DNA of 32,000 bases from Dubosiella newyorkensis (GTDB lineage Bacteria; Bacillota_I; Bacilli_A; Erysipelotrichales; Erysipelotrichaceae): NCBI RefSeq assembly GCF_001945605.1, contig NZ_MPKA01000044.1, positions 1-32,000 of the forward strand, in the 5' to 3' direction. Each line of letters begins with the position of its first letter. Within the stretch, counting starts at the first letter, position 1. Made by a program: the position numbers and the translations under genes. Shown here piece after piece: positions 9,900 to 18,483 of the stretch. Under the pieces are notes generated by a model. It did not search any database. It saw only the letters and a program-made list of their open reading frames with translations, and was not told where the DNA came from.

Positions 9900-10731
9900 G
9901 TTTCTCCCCTTTGTTTGGCCAAAGCTCGTCAAATGAAACGAAACGGACTTCTTCCCTGTTTTCAAGCTTCGCTTGTTTTTGAAGCACGTTCATGCTCGAG
10001 ATCCGATATTTGTTCCCTTCAAAAACGATCTGGGAATTGAGTTTTGGCAATCCTTTTTTCAACTGGGTATATTCGTCATTTTCATAGCGCAGACAGCACA
10101 TGAGTTTGCCGCATTGGCCAGAAAGCTTCGAGATGTTCAAGGCGAGCATTTGGTTTTTTGCCATATTGATAGAGACTGTATCGAATTCAGATAAAAAGCG
10201 CGAACAACAGCATTCCATTCCACAATTGCCGATCCCGCCAACCATCTTCGCTTTGTTGCGCGGACCAATCTGCCTCAACTCGATGCGGCAGTGCAGCTGA
10301 TGCGCAAGATCCTTGAGCAGCTGCCTGAAGTCGACCCGCTCATCGGAAACATACATAAAGATGACTTTCGCGCAATCGAGCGTATATTCGCAACTGATCA
10401 AATGCATATCAAGATCAAGATGCCGGATACAAGCCGCGCAGATCTCCATGGCGTGTTTCGCTTTTTCTTTGTTTTTTTCTTTTTGTTCTAGGTCGGCTTG
10501 GCTCGCTTTGCGAACGATCGGCTTGCATTCGCCTTTAACTTTTTTAGGATCGAAAGGGATCGCCGGCACACATACTTTGCCGATTTCTTGTCCGCGCACT
10601 GTTTCCACGACAACCATATCGTTCACATGATATTTTTCGTGCGCGCCAAATGAATACGGTTTTTTGCTTTCTTCAAATTGAATATATACAAGATAAGGAA
10701 AATCGAATTCCTTTTCCTTTTTTTCTTTCAT
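9877..10731 (-). CDS. ricT: PSP1 domain protein (YaaT/RicT, stage 0 sporulation / RNase Y maturation complex family)
   Basis: 284 aa with a Cys-rich GGIGNCGMECCCSRFL...CGKLMCCLRYE PSP1 signature. Conserved position between holB and rsmI. Confidence 0.85.
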   Translation of the reverse strand: MKEKKEKEFDFPYLVYIQFEESKKPYSFGAHEKYHVNDMVVVETVRGQEIGKVCVPAIPFDPKKVKGECKPIVRKASQADLEQKEKNKEKAKHAMEICAACIRHLDLDMHLISCEYTLDCAKVIFMYVSDERVDFRQLLKDLAHQLHCRIELRQIGPRNKAKMVGGIGNCGMECCCSRFLSEFDTVSINMAKNQMLALNISKLSGQCGKLMCCLRYENDEYTQLKKGLPKLNSQIVFEGNKYRISSMNVLQKQAKLENREEVRFVSFDELWPNKGEKHEKTKKL

Positions 10732-11657
10732 AAAATAGCCTTTCTAATGCGGAAATGAATATCGTCTAAAAACAACAACAGATCCACAGGACGGCGAAGG
10801 CGTTCAAACGCTTCCACTAAGATCAAAAAGATCTCGTTTCTTTGTTCGAGAGACAGCTTCGATCCGTCATTATATTTAATATAATACAAAATCCAGCAGA
10901 GCCAAACTCTTACGGCTTCTTTCTCTTTAAATTTGCTTTTGGAATAGAAGATCTTTGTTTGCAGATCCACGATCTGAGAAAGAGAAGCGTGATGATCGAT
11001 ATACTTTTTCGCGCTTTCCTGAAGCAAAGAAAAATCTTCGTTTTCCATCCACGCTTTCGCGCTTTCATAGGAATATCCGCAGCGCGCAAGCATGCTGGCC
11101 TGCTCTTCGTTTCCATATTGTTGAATGAGAGATGCTCTCATTCCTTCTGGATCTAGTGGTTTAAAAGGGATCACTTGCGTTCTAGAGACGATCGTATCGA
11201 GCACTTGGCTTAGATCCTCCGCCATCAAGATCCCAAGAATATTAGGGTGAGGCTCTTCTAAAAATTTTAATAACGTATTCGCCGCTTCCGGTGTACACGA
11301 TTCAAAATGATCCAAAATATAGATCTGAAACGCGTATGTTTCCATAGAAGTTTGCGCGAAACGCTCCTGGATCTTCAATATATCTTTCTTTTTCAAAGGC
11401 GTCGATCGGATTCGGATCAAATCAAAGGACTCTTCTTTTTGAAGGCGCATGCACGCTTCGCATGTTTGGCAAGCGAATCCATCTTCGTCTTTATGATGGC
11501 AGACAAGCGATTGCGCCAATAAAAGCGCTGTGTCTTCTTTAGGAACATTTTTATCTCCCACCAACAAATACGCATGCGAGAGACGATTGGTTTTAAGCGC
11601 CTTCGATAAGATGCGATAAACGACGGGCTGTTTTTGTTTGAGTTCAGCTTTGAACAT
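10728..11657 (-). CDS. holB: DNA polymerase III delta' subunit
   Basis: 309 aa. LSHAYLLVG, a zinc-module C..C..C segment and LLKFLEEP. Follows tmk as in Bacillus. 4-nt overlap with ricT. Confidence 0.9.
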   Translation of the reverse strand: MFKAELKQKQPVVYRILSKALKTNRLSHAYLLVGDKNVPKEDTALLLAQSLVCHHKDEDGFACQTCEACMRLQKEESFDLIRIRSTPLKKKDILKIQERFAQTSMETYAFQIYILDHFESCTPEAANTLLKFLEEPHPNILGILMAEDLSQVLDTIVSRTQVIPFKPLDPEGMRASLIQQYGNEEQASMLARCGYSYESAKAWMENEDFSLLQESAKKYIDHHASLSQIVDLQTKIFYSKSKFKEKEAVRVWLCWILYYIKYNDGSKLSLEQRNEIFLILVEAFERLRRPVDLLLFLDDIHFRIRKAIL

Positions 11658-12279
11658 GAAGCACCTTTTCGATCGCGTCGATCACATCCGCTTCCACATC
11701 TTCGAGATCTTGAGAAGCATCGATTGCTCGGATCCGTTCTGGATATTTTTTGAGAAGCTTTTCATACCCGCGCCGGACTGCTTGATGGAACGCTTCTTCC
11801 TCCAATTCGAGACGGTCTTTTTTTTCATCCCGAGCCTTGAGGCGGGCTTGGCTAGTCTTTTCATCGATCGCAAGAAATAGCGTGAGATCGGGCATGCAGC
11901 CTTGGATCGCGAATTGATTGAGCTGCTCGATCGCATCCATCCCTAGCTTTCTTCCTTCTCCTTGATAGGCGAGCGAGGAATCGATGAACCGATCGCAAAG
12001 AACGATCGTTCCTTCTTCAAGGGCAGGGAGCACCACTTCGACAAGATGTTGTCGGCGACTAGCCGCGTAAAGGATCGCTTCTGTGATCGCGTCCATTTTG
12101 GTGTTTTCAGGATCCAATAAGATCGTACGGATCTTTTCGGTGATCATCGAACCGCCTGGTTCTCTTGTGTAGATCGCTCGATATCCTTTTTTTTGAAGAT
12201 ATTCGAGCGCTTTTTTAGCCATCGTCGTTTTTCCAGCGCCGTCGTTTCCTTCCAATGTGATAAATAATCCTCGCTTCAT
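11644..12279 (-). CDS. tmk: Thymidylate kinase
   Basis: 211 aa. FITLEGNDGAGKTT P-loop, TREPGGS, DRF.DSSLAYQG. Confidence 0.95.
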   Translation of the reverse strand: MKRGLFITLEGNDGAGKTTMAKKALEYLQKKGYRAIYTREPGGSMITEKIRTILLDPENTKMDAITEAILYAASRRQHLVEVVLPALEEGTIVLCDRFIDSSLAYQGEGRKLGMDAIEQLNQFAIQGCMPDLTLFLAIDEKTSQARLKARDEKKDRLELEEEAFHQAVRRGYEKLLKKYPERIRAIDASQDLEDVEADVIDAIEKVLHVQS

Positions 12280-12307
12280 TGTATCGACTCCTTTTTTTAT
12301 TTCTCCA

Positions 12308-12326
12308 TTTTAGCATTGTGCTAAAA
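12308..12326. promoter_or_regulatory. 8-3-8 perfect inverted repeat in the tmk/SRAP divergent intergenic region (candidate operator)
   Basis: ttttagca-ttg-tgctaaaa. It overlaps the candidate -35 of the SRAP promoter (TTTAGC, 18 nt, TAGAAT at 12333-12338). Confidence 0.3.
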
Positions 12327-12364
12327 AAAAAGATAGAATAGAGAAAGGAGGAGGTGACTCGAAC

Positions 12365-12934
12365 ATGTGTGGTCAATTCTATATTTCCAACGATATATTA
12401 AAAGCGACGCGAAATTATGCACCGATCTCGCATTTCGAACAAGAACAGCTTCATTTTGGAACGATCTATCCAAGCGCGAAAACGCTTGTCCTTTGTAGGC
12501 AAGAGGATCATATCGCCGCCAAGATCATGCGTTTTGGAATCGAATATAAAGGTTTTAAAAAAGCGCTCATCAACGCGAGAAGCGAGACTGTCCTATCCAA
12601 GTGGATGTTCCGTTCTGATTTTATCCATAGCCGCGTCGCGATCCCGGTGTGCTCTTTTTATGAATGGACAGCGGATAAAGAGAAGATCATCTTTACGCGT
12701 TCGCATCATTCCGTATTCTTTATCGCGGGCTTTTGTCAAGACGATCAGTTTATCATCTTGACTCGAGAAGCCAACGAATCGATGTCGCCGTATCATTCTC
12801 GGATGCCTCTTCTTCTCAAAGACGATCAGGTCCTTCCTTATTTGACGGATCTTGAAATGGCGAAAACGTATCTAAAAGAAGGTTCGTTTCCTTTAGAAGC
12901 TAAATCTGCCGATCCGCAAATCAAACTATTCTAG
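12365..12934 (+). CDS. SOS response-associated peptidase (SRAP/YedK/HMCES family, abasic-site DNA-protein crosslink protein)
   Basis: 189 aa starting MCG (Cys2 nucleophile), with NARSET and FYEW motifs. Strong SD GGAGGAGG. Confidence 0.85.
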   Translation: MCGQFYISNDILKATRNYAPISHFEQEQLHFGTIYPSAKTLVLCRQEDHIAAKIMRFGIEYKGFKKALINARSETVLSKWMFRSDFIHSRVAIPVCSFYEWTADKEKIIFTRSHHSVFFIAGFCQDDQFIILTREANESMSPYHSRMPLLLKDDQVLPYLTDLEMAKTYLKEGSFPLEAKSADPQIKLF

Positions 12935-12950
12935 AAAGTGAGTGAGTGTA

Positions 12951-13568
12951 ATGAATACCCAATTGATCGAACATCTTCTATCCTTGCCAGTCCAGCTCGT
13001 GGCGGTCACTAAAAAACACACCAAAGAAGAAGTCGACGCCCTATACACTTTAGGGGTCCGTACTTTTGGCGAAAACCGTGTCCAAGAATTTTTAGAAAAA
13101 TACGACCCGAACTATTCTTGGCATATCATAGGGCATTTGCAGACAAATAAAGTAAAATATATTATTGACAAAGTCGATATGATCGAAAGCGTCGATTCTT
13201 TGAAGCTGGCTTCAGAAATCGAAAAACAAGCCAAGAAGATCGGTAAAGTTCAAGATATCTTGATCGAGCTGAAAGTAAGCGATGATCCGAATAAAACAGG
13301 TCTGCCACTCGAAGATCTCGATGATTTGCTCGAAAAGGTCGATCAAATGGAGCATGTGCGTTTAAGAGGATTGATGTGCATCGCTTCCAACACAGAAGAT
13401 ACGCAAAAGATCGAACATGAATTCGATACGATGCATTCTCTATATCACGATCTGCAACAAAAGAGGGATCATATCGATACGTTGTCGATGGGAATGTCAC
13501 ACGATTATCCGATTGCGATCAAACATGGAGCCAATACGATCCGGGTAGGCACCGCTCTTTTTGAATAA
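12951..13568 (+). CDS. YggS/YlmE family pyridoxal-phosphate homeostasis protein
   Basis: VAVTKKH (PLP Lys), FGENRVQE, HIIGHLQTNKVK, SMGMSHDY, IRVGTALF. ATG at 12951, with an alternative GTG at 12942. Confidence 0.9.
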   Translation: MNTQLIEHLLSLPVQLVAVTKKHTKEEVDALYTLGVRTFGENRVQEFLEKYDPNYSWHIIGHLQTNKVKYIIDKVDMIESVDSLKLASEIEKQAKKIGKVQDILIELKVSDDPNKTGLPLEDLDDLLEKVDQMEHVRLRGLMCIASNTEDTQKIEHEFDTMHSLYHDLQQKRDHIDTLSMGMSHDYPIAIKHGANTIRVGTALFE

Positions 13569-13573
13569 AAGGC

Positions 13574-13601
13574 TTGCTTTTGGGAGAATAGATGTTAAAA
13601 T
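13574..13601 (+). promoter_or_regulatory. Promoter of the Fur-family regulator gene
   Basis: TTGCTT (13574-13579), 16 nt, then TGtTAAAAT (extended -10, hexamer 13596-13601). Confidence 0.5.
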
Positions 13602-13606
13602 AGCAT

Positions 13607-13621
13607 TAAGAATAATTCTCA
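13607..13621. promoter_or_regulatory. Fur-family type 7-1-7 inverted repeat (candidate PerR/Fur box, autoregulatory)
   Basis: TAAGAAT-A-ATTCTCA (6/7 symmetric). It starts 6 nt after the -10 and matches 10/14 arm positions of the Bacillus PerR box TTATAAT-N-ATTATAA. Confidence 0.45.
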
Positions 13622-13640
13622 TTCTCAAAAGGAGGCGCCT

Positions 13641-14021
13641 ATGTCGAAACAAAAAGACAAATTGCTTGCGATCTTGCAGGCATCCAAGACGCATCCAAGT
13701 GCGGAAGAACTGTTCTTAGCCTGCAAAAAGGAAAACGTCAAGATCTCGTTAGCGACTGTCTATCGAAATCTCGCGCTGCTTCAAGAAGAAGGTAAGATCC
13801 AGAAAATTTCGATTCCAAACGAGGTGGATCGTTACGATTCGATCCTCAGGCCGCATGCGCATGCTGTATGTGATCGATGTCATCAAATCGAAGATATCGA
13901 ATTGAATGGCTTGATTGATTTTATTCAAGCTCAAACCGAGATCAAACCCACTTCTTGCGATCTGAGCATTCGTCATATTTGCGCGAAATGCCGGAAAAAA
14001 GAAGCACTTAACATTCATTAA
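13641..14021 (+). CDS. Fur family transcriptional regulator (PerR-like)
   Basis: 126 aa. Winged-helix segment ISLATVYRNL, HAHAVC, and two CxxC pairs (CDRC, CAKC). Sits directly upstream of rubrerythrin. SD AAGGAGG. Confidence 0.85.
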   Translation: MSKQKDKLLAILQASKTHPSAEELFLACKKENVKISLATVYRNLALLQEEGKIQKISIPNEVDRYDSILRPHAHAVCDRCHQIEDIELNGLIDFIQAQTEIKPTSCDLSIRHICAKCRKKEALNIH

Positions 14022-14080
14022 TGGTTGCGATTTCAAATATGAAATTGAACATAGGATTTTTTTAAATAATGGAGGACAAC

Positions 14081-14620
14081 ATGGAAAAATCACTAAAAGG
14101 TACAAAAACAGAAAAGAACTTGTGGGAAGCGTTCGCAGGAGAAAGCCAAGCGCGCAACAAATACACTTATTTTGCGGGTGTAGCGAAAAAAGAAGGATAC
14201 GAGCAAATCGCTGGTTACTTCTTGAAGACTGCGGATAATGAAAAAGAACACGCGAAATTGTGGTTCAAAGCACTCGGTGAACTTGGAAACACGGAAGAAA
14301 ACTTATTAGCCGCTGCTCATGGCGAACACGAAGAGTGGACAGACATGTACGAAAGAATGGCGAAAGAAGCCGAAGAAGAAGGTTTCCCTGAACTCGCTCG
14401 TAAATTCCGCGGCGTTGCGAAAATCGAAAAAGCACATGAAGAACGGTATGTCGCATTGTTGAACAACTTGAAAGAAGAAAAAGTATTCAAGAAAGACGAC
14501 AAGACGATGTGGGAATGCCGCAACTGCGGATTTATCGTATTCGCTGAAAAAGCGCCTGAGATCTGCCCAGTGTGCGATCATCCAAAATCATTCTTCGAAG
14601 TACACGTTCAAAATTATTAA
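14081..14620 (+). CDS. rbr: Rubrerythrin
   Basis: Diiron four-helix domain ([11 protein letters not shown]...EKEHAKLW...EHEEWTDMY) plus a C-terminal rubredoxin module (CRNCG...CPVCDHP). Start at 14081 after GGAGGA. An upstream in-frame ATG at 14069 is less likely. Confidence 0.9.
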   Translation: MEKSLKGTKTEKNLWEAFAGESQARNKYTYFAGVAKKEGYEQIAGYFLKTADNEKEHAKLWFKALGELGNTEENLLAAAHGEHEEWTDMYERMAKEAEEEGFPELARKFRGVAKIEKAHEERYVALLNNLKEEKVFKKDDKTMWECRNCGFIVFAEKAPEICPVCDHPKSFFEVHVQNY

Positions 14621-14628
14621 TCAAAAAA

Positions 14629-14650
14629 AGTCGCAATGCGACTTTTTTTT
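14629..14650 (+). terminator. Intrinsic terminator after rubrerythrin
   Basis: agtcgc-aat-gcgact hairpin followed by T8. An A-run upstream would allow bidirectional use. Confidence 0.75.
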
Positions 14651-14658
14651 GTAACTCA

Positions 14659-14667
14659 TGATATACT
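14659..14667 (+). promoter_or_regulatory. Extended -10 promoter (TGaTATACT) of the amidase gene, positioned for a leaderless transcript
   Basis: The TATACT hexamer at 14662-14667 ends 6 nt before the ATG at 14674. No SD lies in between. Confidence 0.4.
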
Positions 14668-14673
14668 GCTTGC

Positions 14674-15570
14674 ATGAGTACCAAAAGAAAAAAGAAACGA
14701 CAACTTCGTCCTTGGGTGAAGATCACCCTTTCTATCATTGTCATCCTTCTTGTTGTTTTTGGCTTGAAAAGCTGTTTTTTTGATCAAGAAAAAAGACAAG
14801 CTAAAGCCGATCCTGATCAAGAAGTGATGACTACCGCCAAAAGCAAGATCATAATCGATGCAGGCCATGGCGGAATGGATGGGGGAGCGATCTCCACGAT
14901 CCAAAAAACCGAAAAAGAATTCGCCCTTGAGTACGCTTTAGGTATTGGAGAAGAAATCCAAAAACTCGATCCAAATATCGAAGTCTTGTACACTCGAGTC
15001 AATGATGAGACGCCTTGGGTCGATCCATATACATCTTTGAATTATGAATATGACGATTTGATCGGGCGCGCCAATCTGGTCAACGAAAAAGATCCCTATT
15101 ATTTGTTGTCCGTTCATTTCAATTCAAGAGAGGATGTCAACGAATCTGGCTTTGAAGCGTACGTTCGAGGAGATGATGCGGCAAGCGATCAAATCTATCA
15201 AAATATCGCCAAAAATTTGAAAGAGATCGGCTATTCAAAAGACCGCGGCGTGTTCAGCACAGAAACGTATCCACTGCATATGGTCGATATGACTACACCT
15301 TCCGCGATGCTGATCGAACTCGGTTTTATGACCAACGAGCAGGAAGTCAAAACGCTCAATTCACCACAAATGCGTGCCAAGATCTGCAAAGCGATCGCCA
15401 AAGGCTATGTCGAATATATCAAGGACCATGATAATCCAGACACGAATCCACAAAAAGAAAAGCTGAAGAAACGAGCCGAAGAGGACGCTAAAAAACAAGA
15501 AGAAGCCCAAAAAGCGGCTGAACAGGCAGCCCAGCAAGCGGCCCAAGCCAATCCACAACCGGTCCAATAA
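14674..15570 (+). CDS. N-acetylmuramoyl-L-alanine amidase (Amidase_3, CwlD-like) with N-terminal membrane anchor and low-complexity C-terminal tail
   Basis: 298 aa. A basic N-terminus plus TM helix (ITLSIIVILLVVFGL), IIIDAGHGGMDGGA, SVHFNS, and LIELGFMTN. The C-terminus is KKQEEAQKAAEQAAQQAAQANPQPVQ. Confidence 0.85.
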   Translation: MSTKRKKKRQLRPWVKITLSIIVILLVVFGLKSCFFDQEKRQAKADPDQEVMTTAKSKIIIDAGHGGMDGGAISTIQKTEKEFALEYALGIGEEIQKLDPNIEVLYTRVNDETPWVDPYTSLNYEYDDLIGRANLVNEKDPYYLLSVHFNSREDVNESGFEAYVRGDDAASDQIYQNIAKNLKEIGYSKDRGVFSTETYPLHMVDMTTPSAMLIELGFMTNEQEVKTLNSPQMRAKICKAIAKGYVEYIKDHDNPDTNPQKEKLKKRAEEDAKKQEEAQKAAEQAAQQAAQANPQPVQ

Positions 15571-15574
15571 ATCG

Positions 15575-15604
15575 AAATAGGCAAGCGCGAACGCTTGCCT
15601 ATTT
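15575..15604. terminator. Bidirectional terminator between the amidase and CNNM/CorC genes
   Basis: aaataggcaagcg-cgaa-cgcttgcctattt, a 13-bp stem flanked by A/T runs. It overlaps the last codons of the minus-strand gene. Confidence 0.7.
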
Positions 15605-16876
15605 TTCGTCTTCCTTTTCTTCTTGAGGTTCCGGTAATAAAAGACGCACTTCTTCAATGCGGTTTTTATCGAGTTTTTTCACTTGCAGAACGATTCCATT
15701 TGCCAATATGACTTGATCGTTCTTTTCAGGAAGCCTACCGAGCTGATCGATGATCAGACCGCCGATCGAATCAAAATCTTCGCTATCAAGATCGAGTTCG
15801 AGCTGGTCGTTCAAATCATGCAAGCTAACATAACCTTTGACATCGTATGTCCTATCGTCGACTTTTTGGATCTTCTCCACTTCATGCGTATCGTATTCAT
15901 CCTGCATTTCGCCAACGACTTCTTCTACGATATCCTCTAATGTGATCAATCCGGCCACTTCGCCATATTCATCCAATACGATCGCAAGATTGAATGTCGC
16001 TTTCCGCATTTCCATCAATAGATCCGATACATTTTTATTTTCTACTGTAAAATACGGCTTTCTTAAAAGCTTGCGAATATTGAAATGTTCGAGGTCTTCA
16101 TAAAGCAGAAGATCTTTCATATTGATCAAACCGATAATATTATCGACATTGTCTTCATAGATCGGGATCCGTGTAAATTGTTCTTTGCGGAAGAGCTCCA
16201 AAAGATCTTGATAGCTGCTGTTGACATCCGCCATGACGCAATAAACGCGCGGGACCATCACTTCTTTGGCGATCGCGTCGCCAAGATCGAACACATTGTT
16301 GATCATTTCTTTTTCATCTTCTTCAATGACCCCTTCTTCATGGGAAACATCGACGATCGTTCTCAGCTCGGATTCGGTCATCGCCTGCCGTCCTCCGCGA
16401 TCGATATGAAAGAGCTTCAAGATCATATCGCTGAACAAGTTGACAAACCAAATGACAGGGGTGAGGATCTTCATTAAAAAAGAAATGATAGGAGCATAGG
16501 CCAAAGCGAGCTTTTCAGCGTTCTGGGTAGCGAATGTCTTTGGCGTGATCTCTCCGAACACCAAGATCAAAAACGTGATGATAAATGTCGCGATGCTGAC
16601 GGCTGCCCCGCCTCCAAAACTTAAAGCCAATGTGGCCGCGATACTGGCCGCATACGTATTGACTAAATTGTTTCCGATCAAGATCGCGCTAAGCATCTTG
16701 GAATCGTTTTCGTAGATTTTCAACAAGATCTTCGCTTTACGGTTTCCTTCTTCCGCTAAGGTTCTGATCTTGATACGGCTCACCGCGACAAGAGACGTTT
16801 CGGCGGATGAAAAAAAGCCCGACAAAAATAATAAAATGATTAAAATGACGACTTGAGGACCTATGTCTTCGCTCAT
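15599..16876 (-). CDS. HlyC/CorC family transporter (CNNM/DUF21 membrane domain + CBS pair + CorC_HlyC domain)
   Basis: 425 aa. N-terminal TM helices with FFSSAETSL, a central CBS pair region, and a C-terminal transporter-associated domain. Confidence 0.9.
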   Translation of the reverse strand: MSEDIGPQVVILIILLFLSGFFSSAETSLVAVSRIKIRTLAEEGNRKAKILLKIYENDSKMLSAILIGNNLVNTYAASIAATLALSFGGGAAVSIATFIITFLILVFGEITPKTFATQNAEKLALAYAPIISFLMKILTPVIWFVNLFSDMILKLFHIDRGGRQAMTESELRTIVDVSHEEGVIEEDEKEMINNVFDLGDAIAKEVMVPRVYCVMADVNSSYQDLLELFRKEQFTRIPIYEDNVDNIIGLINMKDLLLYEDLEHFNIRKLLRKPYFTVENKNVSDLLMEMRKATFNLAIVLDEYGEVAGLITLEDIVEEVVGEMQDEYDTHEVEKIQKVDDRTYDVKGYVSLHDLNDQLELDLDSEDFDSIGGLIIDQLGRLPEKNDQVILANGIVLQVKKLDKNRIEEVRLLLPEPQEEKEDEK

Positions 16877-16894
16877 GTATCTTTCTCCTTTTGA

Positions 16895-17794
16895 TTATTC
16901 AATATTTGGCAGCGCTAAAAGGATCGCGTTGGGAACGATCTCTATGTTCGGATCTTGAAAGGCTTTGACTTCCCCATCGAGATTCGCTTCTAAAAAACGG
17001 CCTTTCGTATCGATCTGCACACGCTTCACCTTTCCCATTGTAACACGTTCTGGAAATTTTTCTTGGTGTTCGCCTCGTTCATATGATTTTGAGAATAGAA
17101 AGATCTGGCTTTTTTTAACGCCTTCGATCATACAAAGATCCATCTTTCCATCATCCAGCTTCGCCTCTGGGCAAGGCTGGTAGCCACCTCCATAAAATCT
17201 TCCATTTCCAAAAACAAGAAATGAATAGTTCGCATTCGGAAGCTTCATCCCATCGCACGTCAGCTGGCATTCAAAGCCCATCGGATTGAACAAGCTTCTA
17301 AGCATTCCTAAATAATAGGGAACGATTCCTGTGTGGATCAGTTTTTTCGTGTATTGATTGGCGTATTGAGCGACGCGGACATCAAAGCCAAACGAGATCG
17401 TATTGATCGCGTATTCTTGCTCGATCTTCATTAGATCGCAAACTTGAATAAAAGGTGCTTTATAATTGGATAGTTTTTGAAAATCTTGTTTTTTATAGGC
17501 CGGAAACGATTTGATCCAATCATTTCCTGTTCCTAAAGGAACCACGGAGAGGAGGATGTTTTTTGATGTTCGTATCCCATTGACAACTTCATGAAGCAAG
17601 CCATCCCCGCCGCAAGCAAAAAGGTGGATCCTTTCTTGTCTATTTTGAGAAAGCTGAAAGGCGATCTCTTGAGCATGATTGAGATAGCGTGTTGGATAGA
17701 CTCGCACGTTTGGATCGAATCGTTCGATTTGCTTCATTAAATCGACGATCGCTTTTTTCTTCGCTAGACCATGAATGATAAATACGTTTTTCAT
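16895..17794 (-). CDS. Diacylglycerol kinase family lipid kinase (YegS/BmrU/DagK type)
   Basis: 299 aa. FACGGDGLLHEVVNG and PLGTGNDW motifs of the DAGK catalytic domain. Confidence 0.85.
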   Translation of the reverse strand: MKNVFIIHGLAKKKAIVDLMKQIERFDPNVRVYPTRYLNHAQEIAFQLSQNRQERIHLFACGGDGLLHEVVNGIRTSKNILLSVVPLGTGNDWIKSFPAYKKQDFQKLSNYKAPFIQVCDLMKIEQEYAINTISFGFDVRVAQYANQYTKKLIHTGIVPYYLGMLRSLFNPMGFECQLTCDGMKLPNANYSFLVFGNGRFYGGGYQPCPEAKLDDGKMDLCMIEGVKKSQIFLFSKSYERGEHQEKFPERVTMGKVKRVQIDTKGRFLEANLDGEVKAFQDPNIEIVPNAILLALPNIE

Positions 17795-18483
17795 TGAGGA
17801 TGACTACTTAAATAACGGATGCACGCATCCGCCAACAACAAACCAGCGGCGGCTGGTACAAAGATCATGCTCGGCAAAGGCTGCCCGCTTTCTACAGAAA
17901 CTGGGATCTCGGTGGAAGAGACGACCATGATCTTTTCCCGGATCTTTTGTTTTCGCTTCCATACTCGGATCTGCTTGGCGATCGGATCATAGCTTGTCTG
18001 TTCGACTTCCATTACTTTCAGCTTGCTGATGTCCTTTTTTCTTGCCATGCCCATCGACGAGAGAAATGGAATGTGTCGATCCAAGGCATACGCGATCAAA
18101 TCTTTTTTGGAAGAGATCGAATCGATCGCGTCAATGATATAGTCGATCTTATATTGATCAAGAGTCTCATTGAGAGAAGCATCGTAAAACGTATGCAAGG
18201 CAATCACCTTGCATCGTTTGGAAAGAAGATGGATCCGTTTTTTCCATTCTTCTACTTTGCTGTGGGAGAGTGTATCAAAGTTGGCGATGAGCTGTCGATT
18301 GATATTGGATTCTTCGATCGTGTCTTTATCGACTAAGATCAAGCAACCGATCCCGCTTCTAGCTAGCGCTTCTACACACATTCCCCCTACGCCTCCCACG
18401 CCAACGACGAGGACGGTCTTTTTTTGAAGTGTTTCGATGGCTTCTTTTCCTAACAATAAACTCGCCCGTTCTAATTCAGGCAT
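17791..18483 (-). CDS. tcdA: tRNA threonylcarbamoyladenosine dehydratase (ThiF/E1-like, TcdA/YrvM family)
   Basis: 230 aa. VLVVGVGGVGGMCVEALARSGIG.LILVDKD....SNINRQ Rossmann motif. Length fits TcdA rather than ThiF/MoeB. Confidence 0.75.
   Translation of the reverse strand: MPELERASLLLGKEAIETLQKKTVLVVGVGGVGGMCVEALARSGIGCLILVDKDTIEESNINRQLIANFDTLSHSKVEEWKKRIHLLSKRCKVIALHTFYDASLNETLDQYKIDYIIDAIDSISSKKDLIAYALDRHIPFLSSMGMARKKDISKLKVMEVEQTSYDPIAKQIRVWKRKQKIREKIMVVSSTEIPVSVESGQPLPSMIFVPAAAGLLLADACIRYLSSHPQ

Noticed and set aside
12308-12326. CIRCE (HrcA) element, because of the TTAGCA...TGCTAA arms
   Set aside because: CIRCE is TTAGCACTC-N9-GAGTGCTAA. Here the arms lack CTC/GAG and the spacer is 3 nt, and no chaperone gene is adjacent.
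14031-14046. ATTTCA-aata-TGAAAT upstream of rubrerythrin as a second PerR box
   Set aside because: It has 6-4-6 geometry and its sequence matches neither the 7-1-7 box at 13607-13621 nor the Bacillus PerR/Fur consensus. It is mentioned only as an unexplained repeat.
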